This document shows positions 1 to 8,153 of a DNA stretch of 47,403 bases, piece after piece; within the stretch, counting starts at the first letter, position 1; each line of letters begins with the position of its first letter. The notes beneath the pieces were generated by a model. The model did no database searches, was not told where the DNA came from, and was given only the letters and a program-made list of their open reading frames with translations. The stretch spans positions 1 through 47,403 of the forward strand of contig JBAXEY010000002.1 in assembly GCA_037140175.1 (NCBI GenBank), written 5' to 3'. Source of the stretch: a bacterium. Its GTDB lineage: Bacteria > Patescibacteriota > CPR2 > UBA1875 > CAIMLA01. The position numbers and the translations under genes are program-made.

Positions 1-1190
1 GTGGTCGTCGCTACCATGTTGTCTATATAAAACGTATTCGTCGCATCAGCGTTTACCACCGTAATAATAATGCTGTCAATTGCATCCTTATATATATCTG
101 CTACACCTGATAGGTCTAGGCTAATGCTTTGCCAGGTATTCGATAGGGTAATATTTGGCGTAATCTCAGTTATCGCCCCGCCGCTATCATGGATACTTAT
201 TTTGATATTACTGCCCGTCCTTAAAGCACGGATATCAAATTTGAACTCTTTCATCCCAGTTAGATTAAGCGGGGTAGAGAAAGTATGGGTGAGGGTTTTA
301 TTTAGAGAGGCTGTCGCTGCAGCTATCCCTTTTAGAGAATATGAACCCTCAGTCTTGATTGTCGGTTCTGAGTAAGACTGTAAACTTTCTTCGATTAACT
401 CCATCTCTCCCATGGAAGTGTAGCTTCCTCCTTGTGAGGCTGTAATATAAATACGGTAATATAGATAGAGATTGGTATTTGTAAAGACATATGTTTTTTT
501 CTCACCAGAATAGAATTCTTGGTTTACTTGTGTGTCTAGGGATGTCCAGTTTGAGTTGTTATTTGATCCTTCAAGCTGCCAATTAATTGGATGCCAGTAT
601 TGATCAAGAGAAAATAGGGCATATTTTGTGATAATTTTGGCGGTGGCAAATTGATATTCTAGCCAAAAAGGAGCACCCGTCCCAGCAGCATGCCATTGAT
701 TTGCATAGTTTTTATCAAAAGCGATATATGCTTGTGAGCCCGAATTATACTCTGAGCTTGCACTAGCCACACCGCTGGGAGTTGTATTTGAGGTCATGGT
801 CGGAATCGCATTTCCACCTGCATTTGAGACATACCCCGTCTGAGCTAAAGCATCAGAGGAATACTCCATTAGGTCTACAGTTACACCAGTTGGGTTTGTG
901 GCCAAATCTAAGACCCCATCAATTAATGAAAAGTCCTTATTCACAACAAAATTTCCACTATTAATTCTAAAAGTCGCACTCCCATTATTATCATTAATAA
1001 CGACGCTATAGAAAGGGTCGCTTTTACAATTAATGGTTTTGATGCCACTAGTGCCGTTAAAGGTCACAGTTGAAGTCCCAGATATAAAAGTCCCTGCAGA
1101 AGAATCCCAGTTACCAGCCACATTTATATTGCCTCCCCTGGCATTCAAGGTGCCTCCATTAAGGGTCATATTATTGCCGACAGACAGTAA
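1..1190 (-). CDS. Partial ORF running off the window start. It is an in-frame continuation of the 1191..8000 giant surface protein past a TAG codon. It encodes a beta-helix-type repeat and then jelly-roll/discoidin-like (F5/8 type C-like) putative carbohydrate-binding domains.
   Basis: I translated the minus strand in the same frame as 1191..8000 and found 396 codons with no stop from 1190 to 1 (LLSVGNNMTLNGGTLNARGGNINVAGNWDSSAGTF ... SEYNSGSQAYIAFDKNYANQWHAAGTGAPFWLEYQF ... INWQLEGSNNNSNWTSLD ... YRIYITA ...). It is missing from the ORF track only because no stop lies inside the window. The first ATG is at 1167-1169 and has no Shine-Dalgarno upstream. Domain names are motif-level inference. 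Confidence 0.6.
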
Positions 1191-4100
1191 CTAGTTGTTT
1201 GTAGAGACATCTAAAGTGGCAGTAAGCGCGTTTAGGTTGTTCAATATTGATAAATTACTTTGGCATGAATATGTAGCCGTGCTAACCCCAAAAGGATCGA
1301 TTCCATTTCTTAAGCTCTCAATTTGGACTAGCGTGAGAGCGCGGCTATAATATCTAACTTCATCAATCGTTCCTTGAACCTTATTCATCGTCCCCGCAAC
1401 GTGTCCGCCACCAATCGTGGGATTCGTTGTGACTGCCCCGACTGAGTTGCTGTTTGTAGCACTGGCCTTTGACACCCCATCTACATAGAGGTTCCAAGAA
1501 TTGCCGCTTCTAACCATACTTATATGAAGCCATTGGCCCGTTGGTGGGACATACGAACTTTGTACTAAAATATTCCAGGATGAGACACTCGAAGCTAGAA
1601 AATTAAGCGTATTATTGCTTTCAAGATATAAAATATAGCCCGTTTGATCAACCGTACTTCTTCGATCAAGGATTAATTGATAGCCAACATTGTTAGCCGT
1701 GAAATTCACCCATAAATCAATCGTGAAGTCGTTACTGCCTGGATCATAGTATGTCTGGCTCGGGACCGTAATAATATCATTTGTCCCGTCGAAAGACCGT
1801 CCGTTGCCAAAGATACCCGTCGTGACATTCGTCGTTCTAGCAGATGTCGCCGTATTATTGTTTATAGAGGAGTCTGCCACAGATGCTGTCCCGGTTGTTT
1901 CGTTCATGCTCCAATAGGCAACCAAGTCACCAGTCGGTTTTTGGATATTCATATTATAAAAAGGTTGCCCGCCTGTTTTGATGGCCGGGGTGCCAGAGAC
2001 TGCAGAAAAAACCACCGTCGATGTATTGCAGCTCCAAATAGACCCTGACGAATCCCAATTTCCTGATACAACGATATTTGACGACCCAGCATTTAAAGCA
2101 CCACCCGTGGTCACAAGATTTAATATATTTATGGTTAATGCATTTGCATTAAAGGTACCGTTGCTTATGGTTAAATCATTAGCGATTGCGAGATTGGCAT
2201 TGTTTGTGAAGGCATTATTACCTGAGGTTGAGTTTATCTTCAGACTATAGTATGTATTTCCATATATAAGGTTCGTGTAAGAAGTCGATCCTCCATCACC
2301 AACATACTCAACCGTACCCGAATCGATATCTTTATTCGTAATCGCTAGGGTTTCTCCGCCCTGAACCTTTAGGGTGCCGTTGTTGGCAAATATATAAGGG
2401 ATTGTTGGGGTATAGCCATTAGTATAGAGTGTTCCATTATTTGTGAAGGAATAATAGGAAGAAGGCAGGGCGGTCAACATCACGGCCGTTGCTCCGTTAC
2501 TAATAGCCATCGTCGAGCCAGCCACGTTCGCGCCAAATGTTGAGTATGAAGGGTTATCCACCGAGCAACTTATATTTGTGTAGCCTGCAAACTCTAGCTT
2601 GGCGTACAACCTGACTGTAGTCGTGCCCGTTTGTGTATAGGTGAAGACAGTTGGGCTAGCTTGTGTTCCATCAACCATCTTAATGGTAAAGTTACTTGTA
2701 CCCGCGGGGTCACCAACGGTCGTATATGTGGAAGAACCGTTGTTTGTAACGGTCACGTTTTTATGAACGGTAATGACCGTATTATTAGTAGAGATAAGGC
2801 TCGTTGTATACCCGTACGGGTTGTTCGATGTTTGGTTAAATAAAAGGTCGTTTGAAACAGTAAAGTTATTAACTAGGTATATTGTTAAATACCCGTACCA
2901 GCCTTGTACGTCTGTATTAAATTTTAGATTGTAGAAAGTCGTAGTGTTGTTCGGGCTGAAGGTTAGAGTCTTAGCCCCATAAGCATAAGTGTCGAATACA
3001 AATAGACCACCCGTAGCGGTGAAGGTCCCGTTATCTGTGAAATCACCAGATTGATTCCAGGTCCCGGCGGTTTGCCGAACAACACCAAGGGCGTTATTGA
3101 TAAACAGACTGTTATTGTCAAAGATACCAGAACCCGAGTCGAAAGTGCCATTATTAATTATGGAGTAATAAGAAGAAACAACATTGCCCATTACCACTGT
3201 TCCGCCATTATCGGTTGTAAGGGTCGAGCCAGCCACGTTCGCGCCAAATGTTGAGTATGAAGGGTTATCCACCGAGCAACTTATATTTGTGTAGCCTGCA
3301 AACTCTAGCTTGGCGTACAACCTGACTGTAGTCGTGCCCGTTTGTGTATAGGTGAAGACAGTTGGGCTAGCTTGTGTTCCATCAACCATCTTAATGGTAA
3401 AGTTACTTGTACCCGCGGGGTCACCAACGGTCGTATATGTGGAAGAACCGTTGTTTGTAACGGTCACGTTTTTATGAACGGTAATGACCGTATTATTAGT
3501 AGAGATAAGGCTCGTTGTATACCCGTACGGGTTGTTCGATGTTTGGTTAAATAAAAGGTCGTTTGAAACAGTAAAGTTATTAACTAGGTATATTGTTAAA
3601 TACCCGTACCAGCCTTGTACGTCTGTATTAAATTTTAGATTGTAGAAAGTCGTAGTGTTGTTCGGGCTGAAGGTTAGAGTCTTAGCCCCATAAGCATAAG
3701 TGTCGAATACAAATAGACCACCCGTAGCGGTGAAGGTCCCGTTATCTGTGAAATCACCAGATTGATTCCAGGTCCCGGCGGTTGGTACGACAATGCCAGT
3801 AACAGAATTAATAAAAGCCCCATTAATATCAGAGATGCCGCTACCGAGACTAAAGGTGTCATTATTAGTAAAGGCCCCGTTATTAGTAAAGGTCCCTGTT
3901 CCGGTAACAACCGTCCCATTATTGGTAAGTGCCCCGTTATTAGTAAAGTTGTTTGATCCGGTCTCAAGCGTACCGTTGTTGGTGATGGAATAATAATTAG
4001 ACGTTACTGCAGATCCGACCTTTAGCGTCCCCCCGTTGTTAATTGTCATGGTTGAATTGGCATTATTAAGACCAAATGCTGGAATGCTCGAATTATAACT

Positions 4101-7100
4101 CTGACTTACGGTTACATACCCCGCGATCTGTAATTTGCTGTAAAAATATACCATTGGCCCATATTGACCGGTCTCTGAAACGGTTAATGTCTTTGGATTG
4201 GCTTGAGTGCCACCAGTCATTTTGACGGTGAAGTTCTGACTGGAAGATGGATCTCCAACCAAGGTCTGCCAGTTTGTAGAACTACCACTATTTGTCACTA
4301 AGACATTTCCAGCCACGGTAACCAAACAGTCATTGGCTGGGCATCTGACCCAGCTCGAATAACCACTTGTTGTTGTACTTAAGAAAAAGAGGTCGTTATT
4401 AACATTAAAACTATTTACAAAGTTAACTGCGCCATTTGCTATGTTTACGCTAATTGTTAGGTTATAGAAGCTTGTTGTCCCATCCGCCTTGGTTGTTAAT
4501 GTAACGGTTGCACCAGAATCAACCGTAAAAACTCCGGCTGCCATATTGAAAGTGCCGTTATCAGTAAAATTCCCAGATTGTAGCCAATTGCCGCCACTAG
4601 ATTGTACGGTGCCTGTTGCTCCATTGATAAATGAGCCGTTATTATCAAAGGTGTTTGCACCTGGGTTGAAAGTTCCGTTATTTGTAAATGAATAATAGCT
4701 AGATGGTAAATTTGTTGCTAAATTTGCCGTTCCTCCGTTTGCAATAGTGAGTATTGAGTTTGCATTATTTACCCCAAAAGCTGGAGCATTGGAGGTATAA
4801 GAATAGTTTATGTTTGTGTAGCCAGCAAGCTCTAATCTGGCATACATTCTAACGTCGACATAGTTTGTTCCTGTTTGAGAAAGAGTAAATGTTGTTGGGC
4901 TACCCGAAGTGCCTCCTGTCATTCTGATTGTAAGGTTTTGGGCTGGGCCAGGATTCCCCACCCATGTTTGATCATTAGAGCCAGTTCCATCCTTTGTGAC
5001 TGTGACGTTTCCCGCCGAAGTAATAACACAATTGTTTGCTGGACAAGAAACGTATCCTCCACTACCGTTAGCCATAGCCGTCGAATTAAATGATAGATTG
5101 CCATTAACATTAAAGTTATTAACCAAGTTAAGGCTTCCCGCAATGACATTAACATTGAAGTCATTAAAACTCGTTGTTCCGTCAGCTTTGGCTGTAAAAG
5201 AGATTGTTCCTGCGGAGTCAACGGTAAAAGCGCCCGCAGTAAGGTTAAACGTACCTGAATCAGTGAAGGTGCTTGATTGATACCAGTTTGACCCCGATGA
5301 AGACAGAACAGTCCCTGTTGAACCATTAGTAAAAATACTATTATTGTCAAAGCTGATAGTCCCAATATTAAAAGTCCCATTATTAGTAAATGAATAATAG
5401 CTAGATGGTAAATTTGTTGCTAAATTTGCCGTTCCTCCGTTTGCAATAGTGAGTATTGAGTTTGCATTATTTACCCCAAAAGCTGGAGCATTGGAGGTAT
5501 AAGAATAGTTTATGTTTGTGTAGCCAGCAAGCTCTAATCTGGCATACATTCTAACGTCGACATAGTTTGTTCCTGTTTGAGAAAGAGTAAATGTTGTTGG
5601 GCTACCCGAAGTGCCTCCTGTCATTCTGATTGTAAGGTTTTGGGCTGGGCCAGGATTCCCCACCCATGTTTGATCATTAGAGCCAGTTCCATCCTTTGTG
5701 ACTGTGACGTTTCCCGCCGAAGTAATAACACAATTGTTTGCTGGACAAGAAACGTATCCTCCACTACCGTTAGCCATAGCCGTCGAATTAAATGATAGAT
5801 TGCCATTAACATTAAAGTTATTAACCAAGTTAAGGCTTCCCGCAATGACATTAACATTGAAGTCATTAAAACTCGTTGTTCCGTCAGCCTTGGCCGTAAA
5901 AGAGATTGTTCCTGCGGAGTCAACGGTAAAAGTACCCGTCGTCAGGTTAAACGTACCAGAGTCAGTGAAGGTGCTTGATTGATACCAGGCGGTAATACTG
6001 CCGCTTGCAACACCAGCCGCATTATTTGTAAAGGATCCGTTATTGTCCCAAATCAAACTGCTGCTTAGAACAATTAGTTTGTTATTAATAAATGTTCCGG
6101 TGAAAATAAAGGTTCCTGTCCCCGGATCGAAGGTGTAATTATTTGTCAGAGTAGTCGCTACAATGTCATAACTATTCGTAATAATTGTTCCATTATTCAC
6201 CCAGGTAACGCCAGCAATCGTATTGTCACTTGTCAATGTGACTACGACTCCACTATCTACAGTATAAGTACTGCTTAATGATCCTCCCGTTTGGTCTGCG
6301 CTTATGTTCCCCTTAAAATTAATAGTCGAAGCCATACTCCCACCAGTATGAGAATATGTTTTATTATTTCCAGTCAGATTGAAGGTGATGCTTGTTACTC
6401 CACCGCTATTTACGTAAAAATTCCCACCTACGTTGACTGTGTATGGACCCGTAAGTGAGTAGTAGGTATTATTGATGGTAACATCGTTTGTGACGTCAAA
6501 ATTACTTTGCAGCGTCGCATAGCCGTCGTTCTTGCTGTAAAGAAAGTTATAGAAAGTCGCTCCACCAGGATTAAAATTATTATAATATCTGTCATCTATA
6601 ATAAAGTCCCCAGCAGTTGCTACAAATGACCCCTGGTTAAGGAACGCGGCTGATTGATACCATTTCCCCCCCGATTGATTGACTGCCCCTGTTGAGCTGC
6701 TTGTAAAAGTACCATTGCTGTCAAAATTGCCAGTGCTAAGATTGAAAGTCCCATTATTTTGCCAGACGGCGCTACCGCTAACTCCTGTTAACAAAGTAAG
6801 GCTTTTCGTGCTATTGATTGTCACTGTTTGTCCGCCCAAAGAAGCTCCAGTTTGGGAGAAATTCATATTTCCGTCAATGACAAGTGGGGCGCTAAGGTCA
6901 CCGCCGGTATGGGTAATTGTTTTGTTGTTGCCGAGAAAGGTAAAGGTCATACCATATAGGCCCCCCTGAGCATGACTAAAATTGCCATAGATCGTAATGG
7001 GGTAGACGCCAGTAGTGCATTGTAAGCTTTGATAACCACCCCAACCAATATTAAAATTGGCATCCCCTAAAACAGTAAAAGCACTTTGGAGGGTAACAAT

Positions 7101-8000
7101 CCCATCCCAATGGTAATCATTGAAATTGCTAAAACTAATTCCCCCAGGATTAAAGTTTCCACCAGCATTCCCATCTAGAGTAAAGGTTCCACTAAAAATA
7201 TTCGTCGTCCCCAGATTAGCAAAACCGCGCGCCGACTGAAACCAATTACTCGTTGGGGCGTTTATGGTCGCTCCCAAATTATTTGTAAGCGCGCCGTTAA
7301 AATCCCAGGCCCCACTTCCCCCAGTCATAACCCCAGCATTAGTAATTGCGGTTGTGCTTGAGGAAGTAAAGGCCCCACTTGATAGAATAATTGTGCCACT
7401 GTTTGACAAAGTACCACCAACAACAAGATCATACGCATTTAAAGTTAAGGATTTATTTAAATTCACGGTTAGATCATTAACATTTATCGCCGAACCAGCT
7501 GTGTAGGTGCCATTCATGGTCAGGTGAGCAAAGAAAATTGGTGAATGAGTGATTGTTTTACCTATTCCACTTAAGGTTAGTATCATTGGACCATTACTAT
7601 AACCAAAACGTCCGTCTGTTTGATTGAAGCTACCGCCAACATTAAAAGCTTTATACGTAAATGAATTGTCTACCGCCCCGCCTGTCTGATAATAATCCCC
7701 AGATATTGTTATTGGACCATAGGCATATATTGTGCCTCCGTTCAAAGTCAAACTGCCAGCGACGTTTCCGGCAATGTCATCTATTCTTACAATCCCGCCG
7801 TTAATCGTGACATCATCACTCGAGGTTGGGACAACGTCGTCAGACCAGTTTGCCGGAGTGCCCCAAGCATAATCGCCGCCGCCGCCATCCCAGGTCTTCC
7901 CCGCAGCAAATGACTTATTTACAAACATACAGTTAGAGATTACAGCTGCTGCAAGGACGAAAAGGAAAACAAAGCAAAAGTGGATAACGCCCCGATACAA
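1191..8000 (-). CDS. Giant secreted repetitive surface protein (adhesin-like). It has an N-terminal signal/anchor, long Asn/Gly/Thr-rich beta-helix-type repeats, five modules of about 235 aa, and a C-terminal LamG/concanavalin-like jelly-roll.
   Basis: 2,269-aa ORF. The hydrophobic N-terminus is FCFVFLFVLAAAVISNC..SFAAG, followed by GKTWDGGGGDYAWGTPANWS. The composition is low-complexity N/G/T/S throughout. A LamG-like stretch runs LVAYWSMNETTGT...GNGRSFDGTNDIITV...LWVNF...WLHISMVRSGNSWNLYVDG...IDEVRYYSRAL. The track start is TTG 7998-8000, but the true start may lie upstream (see findings). The ORF ends at TAG 1191-1193 while the frame continues. Confidence 0.85.
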   Translation of the reverse strand: MYRGVIHFCFVFLFVLAAAVISNCMFVNKSFAAGKTWDGGGGDYAWGTPANWSDDVVPTSSDDVTINGGIVRIDDIAGNVAGSLTLNGGTIYAYGPITISGDYYQTGGAVDNSFTYKAFNVGGSFNQTDGRFGYSNGPMILTLSGIGKTITHSPIFFAHLTMNGTYTAGSAINVNDLTVNLNKSLTLNAYDLVVGGTLSNSGTIILSSGAFTSSSTTAITNAGVMTGGSGAWDFNGALTNNLGATINAPTSNWFQSARGFANLGTTNIFSGTFTLDGNAGGNFNPGGISFSNFNDYHWDGIVTLQSAFTVLGDANFNIGWGGYQSLQCTTGVYPITIYGNFSHAQGGLYGMTFTFLGNNKTITHTGGDLSAPLVIDGNMNFSQTGASLGGQTVTINSTKSLTLLTGVSGSAVWQNNGTFNLSTGNFDSNGTFTSSSTGAVNQSGGKWYQSAAFLNQGSFVATAGDFIIDDRYYNNFNPGGATFYNFLYSKNDGYATLQSNFDVTNDVTINNTYYSLTGPYTVNVGGNFYVNSGGVTSITFNLTGNNKTYSHTGGSMASTINFKGNISADQTGGSLSSTYTVDSGVVVTLTSDNTIAGVTWVNNGTIITNSYDIVATTLTNNYTFDPGTGTFIFTGTFINNKLIVLSSSLIWDNNGSFTNNAAGVASGSITAWYQSSTFTDSGTFNLTTGTFTVDSAGTISFTAKADGTTSFNDFNVNVIAGSLNLVNNFNVNGNLSFNSTAMANGSGGYVSCPANNCVITSAGNVTVTKDGTGSNDQTWVGNPGPAQNLTIRMTGGTSGSPTTFTLSQTGTNYVDVRMYARLELAGYTNINYSYTSNAPAFGVNNANSILTIANGGTANLATNLPSSYYSFTNNGTFNIGTISFDNNSIFTNGSTGTVLSSSGSNWYQSSTFTDSGTFNLTAGAFTVDSAGTISFTAKADGTTSFNDFNVNVIAGSLNLVNNFNVNGNLSFNSTAMANGSGGYVSCPANNCVITSAGNVTVTKDGTGSNDQTWVGNPGPAQNLTIRMTGGTSGSPTTFTLSQTGTNYVDVRMYARLELAGYTNINYSYTSNAPAFGVNNANSILTIANGGTANLATNLPSSYYSFTNNGTFNPGANTFDNNGSFINGATGTVQSSGGNWLQSGNFTDNGTFNMAAGVFTVDSGATVTLTTKADGTTSFYNLTISVNIANGAVNFVNSFNVNNDLFFLSTTTSGYSSWVRCPANDCLVTVAGNVLVTNSGSSTNWQTLVGDPSSSQNFTVKMTGGTQANPKTLTVSETGQYGPMVYFYSKLQIAGYVTVSQSYNSSIPAFGLNNANSTMTINNGGTLKVGSAVTSNYYSITNNGTLETGSNNFTNNGALTNNGTVVTGTGTFTNNGAFTNNDTFSLGSGISDINGAFINSVTGIVVPTAGTWNQSGDFTDNGTFTATGGLFVFDTYAYGAKTLTFSPNNTTTFYNLKFNTDVQGWYGYLTIYLVNNFTVSNDLLFNQTSNNPYGYTTSLISTNNTVITVHKNVTVTNNGSSTYTTVGDPAGTSNFTIKMVDGTQASPTVFTYTQTGTTTVRLYAKLEFAGYTNISCSVDNPSYSTFGANVAGSTLTTDNGGTVVMGNVVSSYYSIINNGTFDSGSGIFDNNSLFINNALGVVRQTAGTWNQSGDFTDNGTFTATGGLFVFDTYAYGAKTLTFSPNNTTTFYNLKFNTDVQGWYGYLTIYLVNNFTVSNDLLFNQTSNNPYGYTTSLISTNNTVITVHKNVTVTNNGSSTYTTVGDPAGTSNFTIKMVDGTQASPTVFTYTQTGTTTVRLYAKLEFAGYTNISCSVDNPSYSTFGANVAGSTMAISNGATAVMLTALPSSYYSFTNNGTLYTNGYTPTIPYIFANNGTLKVQGGETLAITNKDIDSGTVEYVGDGGSTSYTNLIYGNTYYSLKINSTSGNNAFTNNANLAIANDLTISNGTFNANALTINILNLVTTGGALNAGSSNIVVSGNWDSSGSIWSCNTSTVVFSAVSGTPAIKTGGQPFYNMNIQKPTGDLVAYWSMNETTGTASVADSSINNNTATSARTTNVTTGIFGNGRSFDGTNDIITVPSQTYYDPGSNDFTIDLWVNFTANNVGYQLILDRRSTVDQTGYILYLESNNTLNFLASSVSSWNILVQSSYVPPTGQWLHISMVRSGNSWNLYVDGVSKASATNSNSVGAVTTNPTIGGGHVAGTMNKVQGTIDEVRYYSRALTLVQIESLRNGIDPFGVSTATYSCQSNLSILNNLNALTATLDVSTNN
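2512..3783. repeat. Two perfect 561-bp direct repeats (2512-3072 and 3223-3783, period 711 bp) inside the giant CDS
   Basis: Line-by-line comparison shows identity from GTCGAGCCAGCCACGTTCGC to GGTCCCGGCGGTT. The shadow ORFs 2631..2843 and 3342..3554 in the track are identical. The 150-bp spacer 3073-3222 is diverged. Confidence 0.9.
4684..5987. repeat. Two perfect 503-bp direct repeats (4684-5186 and 5386-5888, period 702 bp) inside the giant CDS. Near-identity continues to 5285/5987.
   Basis: Line-by-line comparison. The first mismatches are at 5187 vs 5889 (T/C). The shadow ORFs 4875..5093 and 5577..5795 are identical in the track. A third, diverged module lies at about 3990-4680. Confidence 0.9.
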
Positions 8001-8153
8001 AGCTTTACCTTCGGTCTTTCCTCTCCTTCCCTTTTTGAGAAAGAGAGCCTTAATTGGCTGAAAATGATTCTTAATAGCTATCTCCGTTTTTACTATTTTG
8101 TTGTTTTTCTTTCTATTTTTATTCCTGTTTTTGTATCTATTTATGTTTTTCTT

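Noticed and set aside
1978-7506. Many 60-150-aa ORFs on both strands inside the first giant gene, including identical pairs (2631..2843 = 3342..3554; 4875..5093 = 5577..5795; 5698..5982 versus 4996..5280)
   Set aside because: They lie entirely within, or antisense to, a 2,269-aa ORF with coherent repeat structure. The duplicates simply reflect the 702/711-bp DNA repeats. I found no independent RBS or protein-like composition.
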